This document shows positions 30,129 to 38,443 of a stretch of 64,000 nucleotides of DNA, one piece after another. Position 1 is the first letter of the stretch; the number at the start of each line of letters is the position of its first letter. Source of the DNA: a virus; the IMG/VR virus record IMGVR_UViG_3300045973_000529, positions 126,500 through 190,499 of that record; one strand, given 5' to 3'. A program made the position numbers and the translations under genes. Below the pieces are notes generated by a model that was given only the letters and a program-made list of their open reading frames with translations, did not search any database and had not been told where the DNA came from.

Positions 30129-30923
30129 TCAGGCGCCGGTGCCGAAGAGGATGCGGTGCGGTGCCGGATCCATACGCAGGATGAACACGATGACTTGCTG
30201 GGCTGGGTTGTAGCTGATGATGCCGCGAGCAAGCTGCGTGGGGTACAGACACAGCGAAGAATCACTGAACTGGATCGTGATGCGTGCGAACCCACGACCA
30301 GAATCCGTACTCGAACCAGCGAATGAGCATCCGTTGATGTTGCCTGTCCAGCTCTTTGGCGCAGCCTGGGCACTCGCGCTCAGCGCGGTCGTGCGGGACG
30401 TCGACAGCGTGATGGACGGTGCGCTCAGCGTGGTGGTTCTCGCCAGCGGGTAGACCAAATTCCAGCTGAGCGACCATTGGCCGCTGGGGATATTGCCAGT
30501 GGTAGCGAGCCCTGCTCGCGATGCTGAACCGCTCGTCGTAGCACCGAAGGCTTGCGTCGTGAACTGCAAGCGGTCATCCACAATGTTGCCCGCAACATCG
30601 ATGCCGCTGTAAAACAGGCCGCGGTAATCGTTGCGATACGTGGTGCCAGAAACACCGAAGGCGCCGCTGTTTGCCACGGTCACATCGCCAACGCTAACAC
30701 CCGCAACAGTCGGGTTGATCGGGCGATCGACGGCGATCGAGTAGAACCTGCCGTCGGTGTCGATGATCAGCCGGCTATTGGGGTTGACGTCATTGACGTA
30801 GGCACCCGCCATCGTCTCGATTGAGTGGCTCGACGGGGCCGGTGCCGGCGAATCACCACCGCCACCGCCACCACAAGCGGCGAGGCTGAGAACGAGCGAT
30901 ACGATTGCGAGAGAGCACTTCAT
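30129..30923 (-). CDS. secreted lipoprotein
   Basis: MKCSLAIVSLVLSLAAC lipobox, then GGGGGGDSPAP linker and a beta-rich body; TGATATGAT extended -10 upstream. Confidence 0.8.
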   Translation of the reverse strand: MKCSLAIVSLVLSLAACGGGGGGDSPAPAPSSHSIETMAGAYVNDVNPNSRLIIDTDGRFYSIAVDRPINPTVAGVSVGDVTVANSGAFGVSGTTYRNDYRGLFYSGIDVAGNIVDDRLQFTTQAFGATTSGSASRAGLATTGNIPSGQWSLSWNLVYPLARTTTLSAPSITLSTSRTTALSASAQAAPKSWTGNINGCSFAGSSTDSGRGFARITIQFSDSSLCLYPTQLARGIISYNPAQQVIVFILRMDPAPHRILFGTGA

Positions 30924-30985
30924 GATGTTTTCCAGTGGTTGACGAGGAAGACATCATATCACCGTGCTCGACTACGCGCCAACTG

Positions 30986-31654
30986 TTACATTCGTTTTGC
31001 CTTGAAGATCAGGGCTCCAAGACCCGCCAAGAACAGCAGGTAGACAGAAGGTTCAGGCACTGCCGGGAGAGGCACTGCCGGGAGAGGCGGCACAGGAGTT
31101 GCCGTCGCATTGCTGAATGCGACGTTGTCGAACAGGAATTGGTTCGAGTCGCTACCGTCACCGAAGCCGCCGCCCGGCGTTTTGAACGCGAAGGCAAAGG
31201 CAGTGATCTGTCCAGTGTATCCAGTGCTCGAAGCCACGTTGAGTGTCGCGCCGCCAGGCACGTCAATCGGTGATCGGAACTGGAGCTTTCCAGCATTGTT
31301 CGTCGTGCCGCTGAACACTGTGTTCGCGCCGTTGTACATCACAAGGTATGCGACACCACCATTCGATCGACCGCCGTACGTGAAGCTGTCGAGCGTAAAT
31401 GCCGAGTGATCAGCTCGCTGGATCAGGTTGCTTCGAGCACCGCCATTTGTTGACAGGGCCAGGTACGGATCACGTAGCTCTGTCTTGGGGTTGTCGAACC
31501 AGGCCGGGCCGAAGGTGAAGCCACCGTAGTCGGTGCTGAAGTTCGGATCGGCGTTGTGCGAGAAGGACGTGAAGTCGAGAACGCCAGACACTGCGAAGGC
31601 CGAGCTGGCGACAAGCAGCAGTACGCCGGTGATGAAGGATCGAAGAGAAGCCAT
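30986..31654 (-). CDS. PEP-CTERM sorting-domain surface protein
   Basis: Start re-called at ATG 31654; signal peptide ...VASSAFA; C-terminus AVPEPSVYLLFLAGLGALIFKAKRM. Confidence 0.85.
   Translation of the reverse strand: MASLRSFITGVLLLVASSAFAVSGVLDFTSFSHNADPNFSTDYGGFTFGPAWFDNPKTELRDPYLALSTNGGARSNLIQRADHSAFTLDSFTYGGRSNGGVAYLVMYNGANTVFSGTTNNAGKLQFRSPIDVPGGATLNVASSTGYTGQITAFAFAFKTPGGGFGDGSDSNQFLFDNVAFSNATATPVPPLPAVPLPAVPEPSVYLLFLAGLGALIFKAKRM
31055..31084. repeat. 15-bp tandem duplication encoding (PLPAV)x2
   Basis: AGGCACTGCCGGGAG twice, just before the PEP motif. Confidence 0.85.
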
Positions 31655-31697
31655 GTGGTTTCCGAGTTGTTGAAGGGCTATTATACACCGGAAACGA

Positions 31698-31722
31698 GAA
31701 GAGCCGCACAAGGCGGCTCTTC
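31698..31722 (-). terminator. intrinsic terminator
   Basis: GAAGAGCCGC-CTTGT-GCGGCTCTTC followed by TCGTTT on the - strand. Confidence 0.7.
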
Positions 31723-31738
31723 AAGAAGCAGAAGCTGC

Positions 31739-32005
31739 TTACTCGGCCGGGACGGCCTCGACTGGTGCAGCGTCGTTCGCAGCGGTTGCGGCAGCCTTGG
31801 CTTCCAGTTCCTTCTTGACGGCTTCAGTGATCTGAGCGCCGAGGTGCTGGATGGCGGACTGGGTCTTCAGGACCGCGAGCTGTTCCTTCTGCAGTTCAGC
31901 AGCGAAGCCGTTGTAGATCGCCACAGCCTGAACGACTTGAGCGCTGAAATCGCTCAGTGGGTATTGGACGCCGTCGAGGGTGATGGTCTGGACTTGTTCG
32001 GTCAT
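31739..32005 (-). CDS. small coiled-coil late protein (DUF6447-like)
   Basis: TITLDGVQYPLSDFS...; SD AGGAG; TAAATA at 32044-32049 and 32069-32074. Confidence 0.6.
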   Translation of the reverse strand: MTEQVQTITLDGVQYPLSDFSAQVVQAVAIYNGFAAELQKEQLAVLKTQSAIQHLGAQITEAVKKELEAKAAATAANDAAPVEAVPAE

Positions 32006-32043
32006 GGGTGGAACTCCTATAGGATGGTTGATGTCGACACCGG

Positions 32044-32074
32044 TATTTATCGTGCACCGGCAGGCACGTATTTA
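32044..32074 (-). promoter_or_regulatory. two tandem TAAATA late promoter cores
   Basis: TATTTA at 32044-32049 and 32069-32074. Confidence 0.6.
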
Positions 32075-32075
32075 C

Positions 32076-33422
32076 TCATCGTCCCAAAAGCGCCTGGAGG
32101 CCATCTCCAGCCTGCCCTGGCTTAGTGTCGCCCAATGCCAGTACCTTGCCCTTCGGCCGGAGATTCGGCTTCAGCGCCTTCTTGGACATGTCGCTGATGC
32201 GGAGACTATCAGAGTCCCACGCCATCTCGATCTTCTTGTTCACGGCGTTCGAGTTCCGTGCCTTGAGGAATTCAAAGCGGTACATGCCAGCGATGTCCAT
32301 CGCCTCGTCCTTCACCAGTGCAATCACCAGATCGGATGTGTTGATCTTTGAGATGCCGCCCTGGATGTGGTCTTGTCCAATCGCCTTCTCTTCACGGGTC
32401 GCGACGATGGCACCACGCCCGAGCTGGCTGGCGCTGATCATCAGGCAGTCGAAGTCGAACCCGATTGCACGAACTTCTTCGGTGACGAACTTGTCCTTCG
32501 TGAACATGTTGCTGCCATCGTGCTTCTGTACCGAAGCCATCAGATCGATGTAGTCAACAACGACGAAGTCAGGCTTGAAGCCATGCACGGCCTCAAGCTC
32601 ACGCAGGTACGACGCGATGTGATCAGCTGTCGTTGAACCTTCGCGCATGCGCTTGATGAAGAATCGACCCTTCGAGGACTCCTTGAAGAGCTCGACCTCT
32701 TGGCCGACCTTGAGTTTGTTCGCGAAGATGTTCTTGCCTGAGATTCGACTGATCATCGAGTCGAGCCGCTTGGCCACAACACGGTCACGCATCTCCAACG
32801 AGATGTACACACCATGCATACCGCGGCTCAGCAGGTTGTACGCCAAGTTCAGCATCGCGACGGACTTACCACCGCCCGAGTTCGCTGTGAACAGACATAG
32901 CTCTTGCCGACCGAGACCGCCAATGAGCTCATCAACATCGTCCCAGCCCGTCGAGATCAGCACTTCGAGAACTTCAGACTCTTCGAGCCGCCCAGTCGGA
33001 TCAGCGAAGTAATCGATGCCAAGATCGCTGTGCAACTGCACCTGAGTGGCAAGCTTGATCTGCTCGACCATCTTGCCGAAGTCGCCCTTCTCGATTAGGG
33101 CTGGCGCTTTCAGCACCGCTTCAGTCACGGCACGGATCTGACAGAACCCAGCGATCTGCTCAGCGACGTACTTCACATCCTGCTGTGGCAGCTGAACCGC
33201 TTCGATCGTGGTGAGCTTTGTGTTCACCTGGAACACTGGCATTGAAGGCACACCACGGTACTTGCCGTAGAACTCCTTCAGGAACGAGACACCGTCCTGC
33301 AGCGACGAGTCAAAGAAGCTCGGCTTCAAGAGGTGCTGGACACGGGCAAACAGCGCCGGGTTCCCAAGCATCGTGCTCAGGTACAGGCGCTGTGCCCCGT
33401 CGTCGATCATGACATCACTCAT
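32076..33422 (-). CDS. gp41: replicative DnaB-like helicase (T4 gp41-like)
   Basis: Walker A ANSGGGKS, Walker B VVDYIDL, ISASQLGR, KARNS. Confidence 0.9.
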   Translation of the reverse strand: MSDVMIDDGAQRLYLSTMLGNPALFARVQHLLKPSFFDSSLQDGVSFLKEFYGKYRGVPSMPVFQVNTKLTTIEAVQLPQQDVKYVAEQIAGFCQIRAVTEAVLKAPALIEKGDFGKMVEQIKLATQVQLHSDLGIDYFADPTGRLEESEVLEVLISTGWDDVDELIGGLGRQELCLFTANSGGGKSVAMLNLAYNLLSRGMHGVYISLEMRDRVVAKRLDSMISRISGKNIFANKLKVGQEVELFKESSKGRFFIKRMREGSTTADHIASYLRELEAVHGFKPDFVVVDYIDLMASVQKHDGSNMFTKDKFVTEEVRAIGFDFDCLMISASQLGRGAIVATREEKAIGQDHIQGGISKINTSDLVIALVKDEAMDIAGMYRFEFLKARNSNAVNKKIEMAWDSDSLRISDMSKKALKPNLRPKGKVLALGDTKPGQAGDGLQALLGR

Positions 33423-34444
33423 TTTCTTCCCATCTTCGCAAGCGACAGCTGCATCTGCAGCTCAAGTTGAGATTGTAACGCGACGCCACTAGCCGTCTTA
33501 AGGGTACGTGGTTGGGTTGCATTCTTCATCAGGGTCCAGAGTGTGAACAGCTTCCCGTGCTTCTGGATCGACTTGTTCGCGTCGCAGCCGTCAGGAGGAA
33601 AGGTGACCTCCCAACCATTTTCGAGCGCAACCTGACCGAGGTGTCCACCGTTATCGTCACGATCAATCACAGCCACCTTGCGTCGACGCGACTTGTTCAG
33701 CACCTCAAGCTTCGAGGCATTGAGCTGTGAACCGAGCAGCGCAATGCCGTCGATGGAAGCGGCATCGAAGATCCCTTCAACGATGAACAGTGGCAGATCG
33801 AAGTCACCTCTGAGCTTGTCGTATCCCCACATCACCGCATCCTTGTTCGTCCCTGGCGACAAGTACCGTGGCTTGGCTTCACCAACTGCACGTGCCTGCC
33901 AGTAGATGACCTTGCCATCGCGCATGCACGGGAGGATGACGCGGTTCAGGAACTTGGGATCAAGGCTGAAGTGTGCGTTCAGCACCACTGGATCGAGGCC
34001 ACGCTGCACGATGTACTCGGCCAGCGGGAGCTGAAGCTCAGGCTTGACGTCAGACCCGATTGGATACGACTTCGGTGGCAGCGGAATCTCAGGCGTGAAG
34101 AGATTCACCACTGGTTTCATTGCCTCGAGCGTGATGACCTTCGGCTCGGTCGACTTCACGAAGAAGGCTGATCCCACCAACTCGCTGATCTCGGTGCCAG
34201 AGATACCGAACGCCTCAAGGGTCTTCCGGACCCAAGGTGGCATCGAGGTCGAGCACTCTTCGTAGTCCCAGTTCTGGTGACAGTTGAAGCAGTGGTATGA
34301 GACCTTGTCGCTCTGGATCTTGAACCCAGCGCGTTCCACGTGATCGTTGCAGACAAGGCACCGACAGCCGCGGAAGCCGTTGCTGGCTTCGCGACCGAGC
34401 GGCACGTGCTGCTCGATCAGGTCTCGAAGGAATTTCTGTTTCAT
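33419..34444 (-). CDS. gp61: DNA primase (T4 gp61-like)
   Basis: N-terminal Zn finger (CLVC...CFNC), TOPRIM IVEGIFDA and DRDDNG. Confidence 0.9.
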   Translation of the reverse strand: MKQKFLRDLIEQHVPLGREASNGFRGCRCLVCNDHVERAGFKIQSDKVSYHCFNCHQNWDYEECSTSMPPWVRKTLEAFGISGTEISELVGSAFFVKSTEPKVITLEAMKPVVNLFTPEIPLPPKSYPIGSDVKPELQLPLAEYIVQRGLDPVVLNAHFSLDPKFLNRVILPCMRDGKVIYWQARAVGEAKPRYLSPGTNKDAVMWGYDKLRGDFDLPLFIVEGIFDAASIDGIALLGSQLNASKLEVLNKSRRRKVAVIDRDDNGGHLGQVALENGWEVTFPPDGCDANKSIQKHGKLFTLWTLMKNATQPRTLKTASGVALQSQLELQMQLSLAKMGRK

Positions 34445-34587
34445 GGCTCGAGCTCGAGCCGGACATACGCATTAAACGTATCGTCCTTCGGAATGTAATC
34501 TGCGATGACATCATGGTTAGCACGGCGCCAATGGCCGATGGCCCGGTAAGATGATGTGATCCAGATGAAGTGAGCGTAGCGTACCAT
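34441..34587 (-). CDS. 48-aa protein, probably leaderless, ATGA-coupled to primase
   Basis: TGTTACAAT-N6-ATG 34587. Confidence 0.55.
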   Translation of the reverse strand: MVRYAHFIWITSSYRAIGHWRRANHDVIADYIPKDDTFNAYVRLELEP

Positions 34588-34642
34588 GTTGTAATTGTAA
34601 CAATGGCGACACGACGTGCTCACGGGAGAAGGGTCCGGGACG

Positions 34643-34696
34643 CGGTGTATGTCTCCTCAAACGAAAAAGGCCGGATGAACCGGCCTTTGTCTGGTG
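34643..34696 (-). repeat. 54-bp direct repeat copy A (terminator hairpin + conserved tail)
   Basis: 51/54 identical to 38160-38213. Confidence 0.9.
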
Positions 34697-34710
34697 CACC
34701 GAGGTGGTGC

Positions 34711-34878
34711 TCAGCGATCCAACGGATAGAGTCGCTGGTGGATCGCTGCCTTGGCTTCACGAATCGCGGCCAGCTCTTGCTCGAGCTCGGCCTGGCGAGC
34801 GTTCAGCAGAATCAGATTGGCGCGCATACCTGCGGCCGCAAGTGATTCGTCATGGGTGGCTTCGTATGTCTTCTTCAT
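34711..34878 (-). CDS. 55-aa coiled-coil protein (not in track)
   Basis: MKKTYEATHDESLAAAGMRANLILLNARQAELEQELAAIREAKAAIHQRLYPLDR; ATGA overlap with the methyltransferase. Confidence 0.6.
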   Translation of the reverse strand: MKKTYEATHDESLAAAGMRANLILLNARQAELEQELAAIREAKAAIHQRLYPLDR

Positions 34879-35732
34879 GCTGCTTCCTTGCGTTTCCAGA
34901 TCTTCGGCATGCGGTTGAAGCCGTCATAGACCTTGATGAAATGCGCCTGAATGGCGCGGGTCGTGATGCGTCGTGCTTCACGATACGGGACCTTACCATG
35001 TCCTTCGATAGTGTAGTCATCGAAGTGGCCAATGTTGTCGGCCGAACCATTGAAGCCGGAGCTCTCGACGAGGTAGCCACCGGGGCCGACCAATCGAAGA
35101 ATGTCGGCGACATGCACCAATGGATCGGTGTAGTGCTCGAGCACCTCGAGTGACACAACCACATCGAACTGGCGGTCAGGCAGCTTCGTGTAGTTCACGA
35201 GCGGCAAGAGCCCGAAGTGCTCGGCCGCGACCTGCATGTACCGGACCTGGTCAGGGTTGTCGTTGAACGACGTGACGTTGAAGTCATTCAGCGCCAGATG
35301 TACGGTCGTCAGTCCGTTGCCGTTGTAGATGTCAAGCACTGACATGTCACAGGGTTCTGCGTCACGGTATGGATAGCCACCGATGACATGAGCAATCACG
35401 TCAGGCGAATTCTTCATGACCCGTGTGTCAACCATGCGACCATCAGCGTCCACGTTCCCAGGCTTCAGACCATGGAAGTATTGGACCATGCCGGCAGTGC
35501 AGCACTTTGACTTCTCGAAGCAGTGGATCGCTTCGTAGTTGTACGCTGGGTGTTGGTACACACTGAAGTCGGGCTCACCACCGAGACTGGCTTGCCACTG
35601 AGCGAGCATCTCGGCTCGACCAGGCGTCATCTCAGCCGCGACCATGTCGGAGTACTTGCGATAGTTCGTGCCAGCGTACTTGTTCGTGATGTCAGTGACG
35701 GCACGGGTTGAGATTGAAATTGGTTTGTGCAT
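34875..35732 (-). CDS. class I SAM-dependent methyltransferase
   Basis: VLDIYNGNG...FDVVVSLEVLEH...LVGPGGYLV. Confidence 0.8.
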   Translation of the reverse strand: MHKPISISTRAVTDITNKYAGTNYRKYSDMVAAEMTPGRAEMLAQWQASLGGEPDFSVYQHPAYNYEAIHCFEKSKCCTAGMVQYFHGLKPGNVDADGRMVDTRVMKNSPDVIAHVIGGYPYRDAEPCDMSVLDIYNGNGLTTVHLALNDFNVTSFNDNPDQVRYMQVAAEHFGLLPLVNYTKLPDRQFDVVVSLEVLEHYTDPLVHVADILRLVGPGGYLVESSGFNGSADNIGHFDDYTIEGHGKVPYREARRITTRAIQAHFIKVYDGFNRMPKIWKRKEAA

Positions 35733-35747
35733 GCACCAATTATAGCA

Positions 35748-36998
35748 TCACGCAGTCAATCTCAACCCCAGTTTCTGACTGATCTCGGGTAGCTTGTCGA
35801 GGTACTCTTGCGGAACACCATCGATGCCGTCGTGAACCATGATGCCGTGCTGACCAATCTCTTTCCAGATCGCGTACCTCGCTTCGCGCTCCCAGGCGAA
35901 GTACTCAGCAAAGACCTTCTTCAGGTTCTTGCGAGTTGGGTTCATGTTCAGCTTCGAGTTGCAAAGCCGCTTCCGAGCGCTATCGAACTGACGGGCAATG
36001 TACTGCAGCCGATCGCCAATGTTCATCAGCTCCGTGATGGTCGCCTCTGGAGCCGCCTCCTGAATGATCTTCGCAGTCTGCGAGAACTCAGTACCGTTCG
36101 TCAGCAAGCTGCCCGAGACCCTTGAACCATTTGCGATGCTCATGAGCACGGACTTGATCACGCCTCGCCAAACCGTGGTGTACGGTCGCTGAAGCACCTG
36201 CTCACAGAGCTCTTTGCGGAATGCTTCCTTGTCATGCAGCAGGCGAATCAGATCGGGGAAGAGGAGCTGCATCTGCTGTTCTTTGCCCTTGAACTCCTCA
36301 CTAAGGTATTCCAAGAGGAACGACACGTACGCCGAGTCGATGTCGATTCCAGGGCCGAACAGCTCCTTGCGAAGCCATGACGGCCAGGTCTCGATGCCAC
36401 TGATGGGCCAGACACTCGTGTCACGCTTCTGGAGCTTGCCACTGGGGGCGAAGTGGAAGTTCAGCTCTGGGTGCTGCTTCAACAACCACGTCAGCTGTGG
36501 CACCAGCTCTGGTCGGCCTGCCTGAAGGGTCCGCTCAATGAGGCTCTGACGATCGAGCCCGGGCTGGAGGTACACCTTACTGATCACCGAATCCTTCGGC
36601 AGTGCTGGCACCTCGTACCGCAGCTCTTCTTGCGTCTGATCAACGACCTTCAGGTCTGACGGCGCCAGTCGTCGCGGCACGAGCGTGCTGAGCTCACGGT
36701 TGTCTTCATCGAGCCGGTACCCGAGCTGCTTGACCTCGAAGAAGTAGTCCAGTGCAGGGCGGTAGTCACGCACCCATTCACTGAGCTTCGTGAGCTGGAC
36801 TTGCACTGTGCAGAATCCAACTGGCTTGCCGCAGCGAATGGTGCCGTGATAGAGATTGGCCAGCCACAGCACCAGATCCTGGCGTGCTTCGGCCTTACCT
36901 CGATGAACCCGCTGTAGGTCAGGCCAGAACCGCTGCCAGTGCAGCGGGTGGCTCGGAGCGATGGGGTTTCGAGTCGAGAGGCGGTACGGACGTGTCAT
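35748..36998 (-). CDS. minimal family-A polymerase-like protein
   Basis: SGKLQ...LRKELF..GIDIDSAY (motif A), RGVIKSVLMSIANG (motif B-like), MVHDG (motif C); no exonuclease domain seen. Confidence 0.6.
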   Translation of the reverse strand: MTRPYRLSTRNPIAPSHPLHWQRFWPDLQRVHRGKAEARQDLVLWLANLYHGTIRCGKPVGFCTVQVQLTKLSEWVRDYRPALDYFFEVKQLGYRLDEDNRELSTLVPRRLAPSDLKVVDQTQEELRYEVPALPKDSVISKVYLQPGLDRQSLIERTLQAGRPELVPQLTWLLKQHPELNFHFAPSGKLQKRDTSVWPISGIETWPSWLRKELFGPGIDIDSAYVSFLLEYLSEEFKGKEQQMQLLFPDLIRLLHDKEAFRKELCEQVLQRPYTTVWRGVIKSVLMSIANGSRVSGSLLTNGTEFSQTAKIIQEAAPEATITELMNIGDRLQYIARQFDSARKRLCNSKLNMNPTRKNLKKVFAEYFAWEREARYAIWKEIGQHGIMVHDGIDGVPQEYLDKLPEISQKLGLRLTA

Positions 36999-37001
36999 AC
37001 G

Positions 37002-37496
37002 TCATTGTACAACGTAGCTCTCGCCCCACAGTTCTGAATCGAGAACGACGGTCTCTCGCTTCAGGAGCTTGACCCCGAGGATTTTCACCGGCTCGCAGTG
37101 CGAAGCGGCGCGCCAGTACTCGGGGAAGAGGTTCACACGATGCACGATGAAGTTCAGGTCCTTGTCGCTCGGGGCGCGGAACATGAACATCTCGACGTTC
37201 AGGTATTCGCCGTTCGCGTTCTTCGACATGGTGCAAGGCCGCATGCACGACACGTCGTCACCTTCATCGATGATGAGCTCCATGAGCTCGTTGAACGGGG
37301 AGACATCGGCGCCGAGGTCTTCATCGCGTGTCTCGTAGCCCATTGCATCGGCGGCTTCGATGAACTCGACCGCTTCTGCGTCGCCAACGCCGCATTCACC
37401 GACGACACCCGTTGCCCAGGCGGTCAGCTCACGCTCGAAGTTCCCCGCATAGGCGTTCGTCTCGACGACAAGCACGTACGAAACTTCAGTGCTCAC
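37002..37496 (-). CDS. hypothetical protein
   Basis: Start re-called at GTG 37496 (GTGA overlap). Confidence 0.6.
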   Translation of the reverse strand: MSTEVSYVLVVETNAYAGNFERELTAWATGVVGECGVGDAEAVEFIEAADAMGYETRDEDLGADVSPFNELMELIIDEGDDVSCMRPCTMSKNANGEYLNVEMFMFRAPSDKDLNFIVHRVNLFPEYWRAASHCEPVKILGVKLLKRETVVLDSELWGESYVVQ

Positions 37497-37696
37497 GGCG
37501 TCACCTTGCCGGTCTTGAGGGCCTTCTTCAAGCCCTTGTACGCGCCTTTCCACGTGTTCTTGGCGACGCTGATCGTGCCCTTCTTCGTGATCTGATACGC
37601 TTCGCGCTTGAGCTGGAGACCGGGTTGGGATTGCTCAGCGGCAACGACCATCCCGACAGCGATCTTGCGGAGGCGCTTGGCGGCTTTCTGACTCAT
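37493..37696 (-). CDS. small basic protein
   Basis: MSQKAAKRLRK...; SD AAAGGA. Confidence 0.6.
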   Translation of the reverse strand: MSQKAAKRLRKIAVGMVVAAEQSQPGLQLKREAYQITKKGTISVAKNTWKGAYKGLKKALKTGKVTP

Positions 37697-37728
37697 GGCA
37701 TGTCCTTTGTAGTGGCATACCCATTCTA

Positions 37729-38124
37729 TTACACCTTCGCCTTCGCCGCCTTCGCCCTCGCCCGGGTTCGCTGAACCTTGGCCTTGACCCGTTCGATCTT
37801 CTCTTCGGTGGTGAAGTGACTTGGGTGCAGAAACCCGGTCTGATTTTCGGCATGGGTCTGGTGATACTTCACCATCCCTTCGAGGTACGCCTTGGGGTCC
37901 TTGATCCCGTACCGCTTGAGCGACTTCAGGATCTTGCCTTCAGCGGCATTGCAACCACGGTGCAGCACGCCACGGATATGGCCATGCGTGTGATCGTGGT
38001 CGAGAACTGCTTGTTCCACAGAGCAATCAAGGCCACAAATGGCGCACTTGTAGCCTTGAGATTCGAGCAGTGACTGGCGAAGCGGTGCAACGCCAGTGGT
38101 CTTGAGCTTAGGAGATGTGGTCAT
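37729..38124 (-). CDS. gp49: endonuclease VII-like Holliday junction resolvase (gp49-like)
   Basis: CAIC...VLDHDHTHGHIRGVLHRGCNAAEGK. Confidence 0.85.
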   Translation of the reverse strand: MTTSPKLKTTGVAPLRQSLLESQGYKCAICGLDCSVEQAVLDHDHTHGHIRGVLHRGCNAAEGKILKSLKRYGIKDPKAYLEGMVKYHQTHAENQTGFLHPSHFTTEEKIERVKAKVQRTRARAKAAKAKV

Positions 38125-38159
38125 CTCCTATGTATGTCGGCCGGTTAGGTACAGGGCCT

Positions 38160-38213
38160 CGGTGTATGTCTCCTCAAACGAAAAAGGCCGGTTGATCCGG
38201 CCTTCGTCTGGTG
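38160..38213 (-). repeat. 54-bp direct repeat copy B
   Basis: - strand: CACCAGACGAAGGCCGG-ATCAA-CCGGCCTTTTTCGTTTGAGGAGACATACACCG. Confidence 0.9.
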
Positions 38214-38221
38214 TCGCCGGG

Positions 38222-38443
38222 CTATACCAGAGACTCGATGTACGCTTGTATTTGATCAAGCATCTCCTGTTTGAGAACCGCTGAGCATTTGAACGCGCCA
38301 TCGCTCGATGTGAACTCCCAAAACCTTCGCGGGGTAGAGTAATCCCAAGTGCAGTTGACACAGGTCCCAACGGCTTTACCGTTCACGTGCACTAAACGGC
38401 TGATCCAGGGAGCGCCAAAGACAGGGGCTTGCACCGTCATCAT
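38222..38443 (-). CDS. hypothetical protein
   Basis: 73 aa, ATGA-coupled to the upstream methyltransferase-like gene. Confidence 0.5.
   Translation of the reverse strand: MMTVQAPVFGAPWISRLVHVNGKAVGTCVNCTWDYSTPRRFWEFTSSDGAFKCSAVLKQEMLDQIQAYIESLV

Noticed and set aside
37729-38124. Endo VII as a mobile homing endonuclease
   Set aside because: No intron or intein context and no extra DNA-binding domain; size fits a stand-alone resolvase.
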